Origin: a virus
Reading direction: 5' to 3' (one strand)
IMG/VR virus record: IMGVR_UViG_3300017917_004503
Span: 64,001-128,000 of that record
DNA length: 64,000 nt
Shown: positions 17,815 through 26,185 of the stretch, piece after piece
Layout: each line of letters starts with the position of its first letter
Position numbering within the stretch: position 1 is the stretch's first letter
Made by a program: the position numbers and the translations under genes
Notes under the pieces: generated by a model
Database searches by the model: none
What the model was told of the DNA's origin: nothing
The model's input: only the letters and a program-made list of their open reading frames with translations

Positions 17815-18544
17815 ATGGACAGATTTGTTCTATGAATTTCTCTTTTGCTAATTTATAAATTTCAGATTCTTCATCGAAATTTTCATAAATTTCAACCACG
17901 TAAAAACTAGGAGAGTAATTTACCTCTTTAGGCTGTATTTCTTCAATTATCTCGTGATAGATGTATTCGTAATTTAGAGAGAAAAAAGTGTTTTTGAGGT
18001 AGATCTTTTTCATTATTGAAACTAATTTTTCTCCCTCTGGTGTCTCTATTTTCACATTAATTTTAAAGAAAAAATTGGACAACTTATCAGTTATCATATT
18101 TCTGATTATAACAATCCCTGAATTTTCTTTAGAATTTGGGTCGTTGAATTTAGATTGGATCTTGAATATCTTGATTTTAGATTCTTCCTCTTTTATTATT
18201 TCTAAGCAAATCTCCGAATATTCATACAGAGTTTGTAAAGAATCTTCTACTATCTCCATCAGCCTCATTTTTTCTTCTTCTGAAAGCTTTGAATATTCAA
18301 AACTTTCTAAAAATGATTTTTCCGATTTAGTCAATGATTTAATTAAAGATTGATCTATTATCCTTTGACTCTTAAATGAATTTAAGAATCTAACAATTTT
18401 TGATATCTCTTTCATGACCGAATAGCAATTTTTGCTATCTAAATTTTTACTGAGATTTTTCAAATAGTCCAATAAAACGTATTCCTTGTATTCCTGATCT
18501 AATGGTTCTCTTAGAAACCAGATTGCACTTAACTTCTTTTTCAT
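17813..18544 (-). CDS. Hypothetical protein
   Basis: 243-aa ORF with upstream AATATATA (minus strand, 18570-18577) and downstream terminator; N-terminal W...DQEYKEYVLLDYL. Confidence 0.7.
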   Translation of the reverse strand: MKKKLSAIWFLREPLDQEYKEYVLLDYLKNLSKNLDSKNCYSVMKEISKIVRFLNSFKSQRIIDQSLIKSLTKSEKSFLESFEYSKLSEEEKMRLMEIVEDSLQTLYEYSEICLEIIKEEESKIKIFKIQSKFNDPNSKENSGIVIIRNMITDKLSNFFFKINVKIETPEGEKLVSIMKKIYLKNTFFSLNYEYIYHEIIEEIQPKEVNYSPSFYVVEIYENFDEESEIYKLAKEKFIEQICP

Positions 18545-18610
18545 AATAAGGTATTATCCCGTTCGATTGTATATATTTTTAGTGATATATAAATCAAAAA
18601 ATTCTCTATA

Positions 18611-19051
18611 ATGAGCCGAATTTACGATTATAATCAATTTTCATCTAAAAAAAACAGAATAGGGGGAGATTTTACCTTCGGACAAGAGATGAGATATGTT
18701 GATATCGATCTTTTCGATAGACCCGAAGAATGGGCTGATCTTGATGACTGTAAAGCTTTTATCGAGTATTCTATTGATATTAATGTAAAAAAATCTGGTA
18801 TAGAAGGACTTACTTTCAGAATTAATTCGGTGGAACTAGAGTTTACCGTAGATGACTATCCAAATTCTTCAAAAGAATTTGATTTTGATCTAATTCCTGG
18901 TAAAACTATAGATTACAGCCAGCTTAATGAAAATCCATTGGATTATGTCATACCTTCATATCCTTCCAATTTAGAAATTAATATGAACAAAAGTCAAGAA
19001 CCTTCTAAATGGAAAATAAAAGTAAATTTTGGTACTGATGTCAACTCATAA
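18611..19051 (+). CDS. Hypothetical late protein
   Basis: GATATATA at 18584; MSRIYDYNQF leader. Confidence 0.6.
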   Translation: MSRIYDYNQFSSKKNRIGGDFTFGQEMRYVDIDLFDRPEEWADLDDCKAFIEYSIDINVKKSGIEGLTFRINSVELEFTVDDYPNSSKEFDFDLIPGKTIDYSQLNENPLDYVIPSYPSNLEINMNKSQEPSKWKIKVNFGTDVNS

Positions 19052-19937
19052 ATCTAGATTGTTAAGTTTTTCTGATTTTTCCAGAGGTGTTTTCGAGTCA
19101 AGTTCTTATGAAATCCCTGGAATAGTAGATCTTCATGATGGTGGGTATGAAATTCACATAGCCCCTTTAGATTCAAGCCACGAAGAAAGATTTGACAAAA
19201 TTTTCATAAGCAAACAAAACGATAAGTCAATAGGATTAAGTTTCTTGGATAAAAATGGTAGGGAAGCTGAAATTTTTTGGATTCCTAAAGAAGCTACAGA
19301 ATCTACGGAAAATTCAATTAGAATTAAATCTATAAATCGATGGGCATCCAACCCCGATAATAAATCTAAGCTCGAAGATTTTTTCGAAGACTTTGCAGAT
19401 TCCGTCGAGAATTACAAGTTGACCGGATCATCCAGAAACGAGCAAAATGCAAAAGATGATGTTGAAATGATCATTGATTTGTTCGAGATTCCATCTAGAA
19501 TAAGCTCTTTTAAAAAATCTGGTGAGAATCAATGGGACGCTGAACTGGAAAACGGTAAAATCGTTGAGATAACAAAAAGAAATTCCGATGATCTTGTTTC
19601 CACTTTTAAGGTCTATCCTGATATAAATAGTTCCACACCATCCTTAATAATACAAAATACATCTACTCCTAAAACAACTTTTAATTCGGAGGAAATAGGA
19701 AAGATTGAGATCGATGACGTTTTCTTGGGCCTCAAAAAATGTAATCCTTATATCAAATTCCTGTTTAAAAAGTCTCTCGGTATAGTAACACACAGTGACG
19801 ATGCTGAACTTTACGCTTATTTTAGAGATAATTCTAAAAAAAGTGATATGGATCTACGCGACCTTAGAAATATTGCAACACTGCTTAAAGATACAGTAGA
19901 TCAATCCGAGATAAGACACATTTTAGATAAACGCTAA
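19038..19937 (+). CDS. Putative internal head protein
   Basis: ATG 19038 preferred; leader RLLSFSDFSRGVFES. Confidence 0.55.
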   Translation: MSTHKSRLLSFSDFSRGVFESSSYEIPGIVDLHDGGYEIHIAPLDSSHEERFDKIFISKQNDKSIGLSFLDKNGREAEIFWIPKEATESTENSIRIKSINRWASNPDNKSKLEDFFEDFADSVENYKLTGSSRNEQNAKDDVEMIIDLFEIPSRISSFKKSGENQWDAELENGKIVEITKRNSDDLVSTFKVYPDINSSTPSLIIQNTSTPKTTFNSEEIGKIEIDDVFLGLKKCNPYIKFLFKKSLGIVTHSDDAELYAYFRDNSKKSDMDLRDLRNIATLLKDTVDQSEIRHILDKR

Positions 19938-19980
19938 TAATCAAGCGAAACATCTTCAACTATTGGTAGTACAATTTTTT

Positions 19981-20250
19981 ATGGAATTACCTGAAGATTT
20001 TGTTCCCGATTATAATCAGATACTCAAACTTAGTAAGTCTAAAGGATTTAGTGTTCTTGAGTTTTCTAGACATCCTGATATGGACTTGGATAATATCATA
20101 GAATTTTGGAGGTATGATAAAAGAAAATCGTCTAAAGGTGAATCCTCTTGGTTAACCGAGAGTGATTTTAAATCACATCTTCCAAAATATTTAGAATCTT
20201 TTCCCTTGGTGGAAATAGAAACAAAAAACCAAAAAACAAATAAAAAGTAA
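19981..20250 (+). CDS. Hypothetical protein
   Basis: ATG 19981 lies 5 nt after GAAAC-N18-TACAAT (19947-19975); the track's TTG 19963 is inside that promoter. Confidence 0.55.
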   Translation: MELPEDFVPDYNQILKLSKSKGFSVLEFSRHPDMDLDNIIEFWRYDKRKSSKGESSWLTESDFKSHLPKYLESFPLVEIETKNQKTNKK

Positions 20251-20254
20251 AACT

Positions 20255-20911
20255 GTGGGAAATTGGTCTAATTTTTCTTGGTTAAAGTGGCCGACTAAAA
20301 AAAAACAAAAGATGGAAATTACAGAAAAAAGTATACATGAAGCTCGTGTATTTTACTCAGCTTTTGATTTCGAATGGATAAAGGGTGAAAATTCCTCTAT
20401 GATCGAAAAATATAGAGACATTGTACAAAATGGAGATATGATGTTTATAGAATTCCAAAGTGGAAAAAGAATAAACATGGATCTTCTTAATGAATACATG
20501 ATAACATATCCAGCTCAACCCGTTCAAGTTATACAGCAGCCCACACCAATTCAAGTACAACCCACACCTACACCTAATAGTAATTTCTCCGTTACTTCAA
20601 TCCAATACGAGGATAATAAGAACGTGAACGTAGATTCTCCGATATATAAGCTGCTTCGAAAGCAGAAAAAAAACATGGTAGAAATATCCATTAAGCTAAA
20701 GATAAATCTTCCTCCTAAAGACCTATATACAGTTCTGTCTGGATCTTTTGATGATGCTGAGAAGGAGATAATTGATTTTGTTCTGGATGGTGTGGATATC
20801 GAGGGTATAAAATTATCATTGGCTGATTCAATCAGAAAAAATTATTATTCAGAAACTGCTAAAGTTAACGAAGGACAAAAAAAGAATTCAAAAAGAGAAA
20901 CAAATGAATAA
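20255..20911 (+). CDS. Hypothetical protein with Pro/Gln/Thr linker
   Basis: 218-aa ORF; alternative start at MEITEK. Confidence 0.6.
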   Translation: MGNWSNFSWLKWPTKKKQKMEITEKSIHEARVFYSAFDFEWIKGENSSMIEKYRDIVQNGDMMFIEFQSGKRINMDLLNEYMITYPAQPVQVIQQPTPIQVQPTPTPNSNFSVTSIQYEDNKNVNVDSPIYKLLRKQKKNMVEISIKLKINLPPKDLYTVLSGSFDDAEKEIIDFVLDGVDIEGIKLSLADSIRKNYYSETAKVNEGQKKNSKRETNE

Positions 20912-21494
20912 TCAATCACCAGAAAAACTAATACATTCGACCCAAAGATTTGATGTTGTTGAAAGAGAAGGGTGCGTTGGAATAAAATCAACAGTTGAAC
21001 CTGTTGTTATTTTGCCCTACATATCGGACGACCAAGGATTACCCCTTATGCTCGGTGTTCTTAAGGAAAGAAATCCCTTTAGAGACGGAGGATACTCTAT
21101 AGCTCCTATATCTGGAACTACCGAAGAAGAGGATCCTGATTACCTATCAACTGCTAAAAGAGAGCTTAAAGAAGAATCAGGCTATGACGTTGAAGATAAT
21201 TCTAAATGGTTTTTCTTGGGTACTGTGACTGCAACTAAAATGGTTGACTGTGAACATCCTTGTTTTGCTGTTGATGTGACTGGTATACAAAAAGGAGAAG
21301 CTACTACAGATGGATCCGAACATGAAAAATTATCTAAATTTGTTTTCATTCCAGCAAACGATGTTGTTAAATCTAAAGATGTTTTTATTCCAGCTTTATT
21401 TTTAAAACTTTTCAAATTTGTAGTTGGTATGGATTTATATAACAGAGAGGATTCGGTTTTTGGTAAATCTCAAGGATTCACAACAGAAATTTAA
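20904..21494 (+). CDS. Nudix hydrolase
   Basis: GTTEEEDPDYLSTAKRELKEESGY Nudix box. Confidence 0.85.
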   Translation: MNNQSPEKLIHSTQRFDVVEREGCVGIKSTVEPVVILPYISDDQGLPLMLGVLKERNPFRDGGYSIAPISGTTEEEDPDYLSTAKRELKEESGYDVEDNSKWFFLGTVTATKMVDCEHPCFAVDVTGIQKGEATTDGSEHEKLSKFVFIPANDVVKSKDVFIPALFLKLFKFVVGMDLYNREDSVFGKSQGFTTEI

Positions 21495-21499
21495 TAGCA

Positions 21500-21775
21500 A
21501 TGCAAAATAGAAAAGAAAGAAGAAAGCTTTTAAAAAACTACGGCTTACTCAAATTAGAGAAAAAAAGAAGCGTATCTGATAAAATCAACGAGGGTAAGGA
21601 AAAACATCGATTGAATTTGCAAGAAATGAAAAATTCTGAGATTAAAAGAAAAATAGAAAAGGGTCAGGAAAACGAAGAGTCTGATTTTTTTATGTACCGT
21701 AACCTTGAAAGCAGCTATGACAATCTACAATCATTCTTCTTAAATAAAGATTGGAATAAACTAGAAAATGAGTAA
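21500..21775 (+). CDS. Small basic hypothetical protein
   Basis: MQNRKERRK N-terminus; operon-like spacing. Confidence 0.55.
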   Translation: MQNRKERRKLLKNYGLLKLEKKRSVSDKINEGKEKHRLNLQEMKNSEIKRKIEKGQENEESDFFMYRNLESSYDNLQSFFLNKDWNKLENE

Positions 21776-21783
21776 ATCTCATC

Positions 21784-22113
21784 ATGACCCAGAAATTTAT
21801 TGTGAATTTTTACATATCTAAGCACTCGCCGAAAGAAGTCAAAAAAAGGGCCAATATTGATTGTGATTATTATATTATCGATATCACAAAAATAATACGT
21901 GATATGGGATATGAATTGGAAAATCTCAGCCCCGAATCAGAATTCGTTATTAACCACTCAATTCGGAGTAAAATCACACAAGGAATATATAGTACGAAGT
22001 GTGATAGTATACTCGTCTGTTACCGGAATATGTCCCCTGATTTTATTAAAAATCTTGAGGATTTCCTAGATGAATTTCCAGAAACCATTGAATATACTAT
22101 CCACAGACTTTAA
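21784..22113 (+). CDS. Hypothetical protein
   Basis: 109-aa ORF with operon-like spacing. Confidence 0.55.
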   Translation: MTQKFIVNFYISKHSPKEVKKRANIDCDYYIIDITKIIRDMGYELENLSPESEFVINHSIRSKITQGIYSTKCDSILVCYRNMSPDFIKNLEDFLDEFPETIEYTIHRL

Positions 22114-22128
22114 AAAGTGGAAGTATAA

Positions 22129-23976
22129 ATGTTTGATAAAGCAGCATTAGGTTTACAAGAAGAAGCCAGGTTACAAGGTAATGTAAATGGAATTATTTCA
22201 TCCTATAGCAACATAGGATCTAGTAATCCTGCTAAAGGACCAACCGCAAGAAGTCTTTTTTATGAAGCTGGAAAAAGAGTACCAGGTAAATATGGAAACT
22301 TTCTTTTTTACGCACTAGGTAATAGCGAAAATAGTTTTATTGATGCCTATTATCGATCTGAATCTTCAGAATATAACATTAAAACATCTTCTGTAAAATC
22401 TAAAAATCCGACTGCTGCTTTTCTTGTTTCTGAAACAACTAAATTACAAGCCAGAGCTTCATCAACTGGTGTATTAAATGGTCTTTTTGCTAGATTTGAA
22501 GGTGATGTAATCGGAGGTCTTTCCGCACCATATTACTGGAAGGATTTTCTTTATTGTAAGTATTATGGAACTATCCCTAATAATTACATGATTACTCTAA
22601 GAAGATTTCCGAGTCCTGTTTTAGATAATCTAAGTAGTCCAAAGAAGCTGGATAAAAATTCAGATGGATTTTACACCGAAGGGGTAATGAGACCTGTAGC
22701 ACAAGCAGTTACATGGTTCGGAGGAAATACCGGTAATGCTTTGAATGACATCATTTCATTTTCGACAGGTATCCAATGGAACAGTAAACCTCAGGATTTA
22801 ATTAAAGAACAAGAAGCTTTCAGTAAAGGGTTTTTACAAGATGGAATTGTCAATCAAATTCGTCAAGGTTTAGGTGCATTAAGTGATACTGCGACTAACA
22901 TTTTTGATGCTGGAGAAATACTCACTACAAATACAGTCGCTGCAACAGATCCAAATGAAACACTTACAAGAGGAATTAGAACGGCAAAACTTAGAGATAG
23001 AGCGAAAGATCAAGGTGGATTGATGAGTGAGTATATTTGGACATCTGTTGATGTTGTTCAAAACACTTATGTTAGAGGCGTTGGCTTAACTTTCGATTGG
23101 AAGTCCATAACTGTTGTTTTTGATTATGAATTAACTTCTGTCGGTGAGGTTAACACTAAAGCTGCTATGTTAGATATTCTAGGTAATATTCTATCGATCG
23201 GAACCAATTATGGAGTTTTCTTGACTCCTGATTTTAGATATAATGCAGCATTCTCAGCAGTTAGATTCCCTGGTGGGGACGCTGGACTAGAATTATATTA
23301 TAGTGATCCTTTAGCATGGCTGACCAGATATGGCGATAAAATTAATAAAATTATAGAAGAAGCTGCTGTCGGATCAAACGACGAAGGCAACGGAACACAG
23401 GGGCAAGCAGAGGTTCAGCAAGTTAAAAAAGCTGTGGATCAGATTTCTAAAGATGGAAGTAAACCTAATGCTGAAACCGGTGATCTAATTAAAAAACTTT
23501 TGGGCAGTGACGAGTTTAGAAGGCTTCTAAAATTCCAACAATCTTCTAGTTTTCTTGAAAATTATCAAATGCCATTGAGCTTTCTGACTGGTGCCCCTAT
23601 AGGTGAATGGCATTTAACAATAGGAAATCCTTGCAACCCAATTGCCATGATAGGTAATTTGGTGTGTACTGACGTTAAAATAGACTTTACAGAGGTTTTA
23701 GGACCTGATGATTTCCCAACCGGAATAAAGGCTACCTTTACATTAGAACACGGAAGAGATCGAGAAAGAGGCGAGATAGAAAGCATCTTTAACCGAGGCG
23801 ACGGTCGTCTATATCACTCTGCACAGGAAACCTCTGCAAATCAGCAAAGTTTCACTGCATTTGCAGATACTGCAGGCAATGTTTTAACATACGATTCTCC
23901 TGGATCTTTAATGGATGGTTTCTGGAACTCTCAATTAAATACTATCCCAGATCAATTGGGACCAAATAACCCTTAA
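22129..23976 (+). CDS. Putative baseplate/tail-tube cap or initiator protein (gp48/gp54-like)
   Basis: C-terminal WHLTIGNP...IGNLVCTDVKIDF...FPTGIKATFTLEH resembles a tube-type fold; first gene of the baseplate cluster. Confidence 0.45.
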   Translation: MFDKAALGLQEEARLQGNVNGIISSYSNIGSSNPAKGPTARSLFYEAGKRVPGKYGNFLFYALGNSENSFIDAYYRSESSEYNIKTSSVKSKNPTAAFLVSETTKLQARASSTGVLNGLFARFEGDVIGGLSAPYYWKDFLYCKYYGTIPNNYMITLRRFPSPVLDNLSSPKKLDKNSDGFYTEGVMRPVAQAVTWFGGNTGNALNDIISFSTGIQWNSKPQDLIKEQEAFSKGFLQDGIVNQIRQGLGALSDTATNIFDAGEILTTNTVAATDPNETLTRGIRTAKLRDRAKDQGGLMSEYIWTSVDVVQNTYVRGVGLTFDWKSITVVFDYELTSVGEVNTKAAMLDILGNILSIGTNYGVFLTPDFRYNAAFSAVRFPGGDAGLELYYSDPLAWLTRYGDKINKIIEEAAVGSNDEGNGTQGQAEVQQVKKAVDQISKDGSKPNAETGDLIKKLLGSDEFRRLLKFQQSSSFLENYQMPLSFLTGAPIGEWHLTIGNPCNPIAMIGNLVCTDVKIDFTEVLGPDDFPTGIKATFTLEHGRDRERGEIESIFNRGDGRLYHSAQETSANQQSFTAFADTAGNVLTYDSPGSLMDGFWNSQLNTIPDQLGPNNP

Positions 23977-23979
23977 TTT

Positions 23980-24570
23980 ATGGCATTAATGATTGATACT
24001 ATATCTACTAATAAAAAAGTTTTTAACCCGAATCCGGAATTGAATAGTACAGGAAATTATGGGGTTTGGGATTTGACACAAGGTTCTATAACTTATTCTG
24101 GGGTTGGTGTTCAAATACAATCTTTGTTCACTGTTACTGAATATCTACAAATGAGACCCGACTTAATTTCACAAATTAAATTATCAGATCAGGGTAAGAT
24201 GGGATCGCTTTTAAAGTTTAATTCAATCAGTAATCCCTTTTCTCTTAACGAAGGACAAATTTTGGCAATACCCTCAACTAGAACTATTGATGAAAGTTTC
24301 AGAGTTAAAAAAATAGAACAGCAATCAGGTACTTCTAACACTAATACAAATCCAGCAAACACTTTTAAGAAAAATCAAGAGCAGAAGAAGTTTAAGGTAA
24401 GTGAAGGCAGAAAGAAATTCTTGGATGAGAAAGTAAAAAATCCTCCCGGATTAAATTTACCTCCTAATATGTTACAACCAGGAGAATCTACAATTCAAAG
24501 GGAGAATGGATTTATAATCTTCGCACCAAATGCTGGAGGTGGTGGGAGTAACACGCCTCAAACCAATTAA
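23980..24570 (+). CDS. Baseplate wedge gp53/LysM-like protein
   Basis: MRPDLIS...LLKFNSISNPFSLNEGQILAIP LysM-like pattern. Confidence 0.65.
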   Translation: MALMIDTISTNKKVFNPNPELNSTGNYGVWDLTQGSITYSGVGVQIQSLFTVTEYLQMRPDLISQIKLSDQGKMGSLLKFNSISNPFSLNEGQILAIPSTRTIDESFRVKKIEQQSGTSNTNTNPANTFKKNQEQKKFKVSEGRKKFLDEKVKNPPGLNLPPNMLQPGESTIQRENGFIIFAPNAGGGGSNTPQTN

Positions 24571-24590
24571 TAACATCTAATTCTGAATAA

Positions 24591-26150
24591 ATGGAAAGAG
24601 ATTCTATTATTATTTCTGTGATTGCCAATAATAACGTTAAGCTGGATGAACAAAATCAGGTTGATCGAGCTAATGGCTCTGTTGATCAGGAAACCCTGAG
24701 GAATGCGAATGAAATATCTGCCCAAATAACGGGTTTAAATGTTCCCTTTATTACTATTAATGGTTATTCTGTGACCAATTATTTAACTAGGTTTTCTCTA
24801 GATCTTTCAGGTTTTTTACCTGTGATGAAATTTTCTTTTATTGCCGCACAAAACGTTTTCATTTCAGTTAACTATCCAAAAGATGGAGATCTGGCTTCTC
24901 TTTATATGAGATCGCCGGGAGAAATTTATAAACCGATAAGGATGGATTTTAACATCTTGAGTGTTCATAGTGAAGTTTCCAGTAAGTATTCAGAAACTGG
25001 ATCTGATCCTGATGGAAAGGGGATTAATTTAAGATTCAATATAGTAGCAGAATGCAGAGTCCCAGGACTTTATTCGAATAGAATCAAATCTTATCCAGTT
25101 ACCAGTTCTTTCGATACCCTTCTACAGGCAGCACAAGAGATAAATTTGGGGTTTGCTTCTAACGAGAAGACACTAGAAGATAACATGACTTGGATTTGCC
25201 CTAATTATTCTTTTTTTGACTTTTTTCAAGAGGTCTCAATTAGAGCTTTTAAAGACGATCAAACCAGTTTTTTTGATTGCTGGATTGATCCGTATTATAA
25301 TTTGAATTTTGTGAATCTGGGTAATCAATTTGCCTATGAAACAGATCCTCAACAAGAAGTAATGTTTCTTCCTGGATATACCAATAAAGGGTTGAAAGTT
25401 GATTCAGGATACCCCGGTTCTAATACACCAGATTTAATTCAAACCAAATTAGTTTTAACAAACTTTTTCGGATCAGCAGAGCTTCCTTTTTATATTAACG
25501 GATACACTCTAACCTCTAGAGCAGGAAGTAATGTTAATAGCATGGGGTATATTACTGAAATATCTTTTTATGATGAAAATATACTTAAAGAAGATCCTAG
25601 TCAAAAGTACATTAAATATGACATCGAATCATTTACAACCGAAAATGTTGGAAGTGGAGCAGTCTTACAAAAAGGAAGAGCCAGAGATAACGAATACAAA
25701 GAAGAAAAAAGAAGAGAGTGGTTAGGCGTTTTAAATTCACAAGTCACACCAGACGATGGGGTTCATCCAAACTATCTTCATGCAAAGTTTCAAAATCTTG
25801 TAAATATAAACGATTGTACAAAACTAACACTGGAAGTTGAACTTGATAATTATTTTCCTGGTATTTATAGAGGAATGGTAGTTCCCGTCGCAATTTATAT
25901 TTTTGACGATGGCACTAGAAAACAAAATGCAGGTAACATTTCAAATTCACAAGATAATACTGGTTCTGGTCCAACTAAGGATATTTTTTTATCCGGTAAC
26001 TATGTTGTTATGGGTATGACAGTAAACTGGTCGTTTAGTTCTGGTGGGATGAGACAATATCTTACTTTGGCCAAAAGAACTTGGTATCTAAATACATCAG
26101 GATCTATACCTAAAGCATTTCCTATTTCTGTCAAAAATAACAAATTTTGA
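24591..26150 (+). CDS. Putative baseplate hub protein (gp27/gpD-like)
   Basis: Position between LysM and spike genes; C-terminal IYRGMVVPV...FLSGNYVV...QYLTLAKR hub-like pattern. Confidence 0.5.
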   Translation: MERDSIIISVIANNNVKLDEQNQVDRANGSVDQETLRNANEISAQITGLNVPFITINGYSVTNYLTRFSLDLSGFLPVMKFSFIAAQNVFISVNYPKDGDLASLYMRSPGEIYKPIRMDFNILSVHSEVSSKYSETGSDPDGKGINLRFNIVAECRVPGLYSNRIKSYPVTSSFDTLLQAAQEINLGFASNEKTLEDNMTWICPNYSFFDFFQEVSIRAFKDDQTSFFDCWIDPYYNLNFVNLGNQFAYETDPQQEVMFLPGYTNKGLKVDSGYPGSNTPDLIQTKLVLTNFFGSAELPFYINGYTLTSRAGSNVNSMGYITEISFYDENILKEDPSQKYIKYDIESFTTENVGSGAVLQKGRARDNEYKEEKRREWLGVLNSQVTPDDGVHPNYLHAKFQNLVNINDCTKLTLEVELDNYFPGIYRGMVVPVAIYIFDDGTRKQNAGNISNSQDNTGSGPTKDIFLSGNYVVMGMTVNWSFSSGGMRQYLTLAKRTWYLNTSGSIPKAFPISVKNNKF

Positions 26151-26185
26151 TTTCAGGATAAATATTAAAAATAATCACCAAGAAA

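Noticed and set aside
20641-20648. GATATATA inside ORF 20255 as a second nested-gene signal
   Set aside because: An in-frame ATG exists at 20675, but nothing else supports it and one chance hit is plausible in AT-rich DNA.
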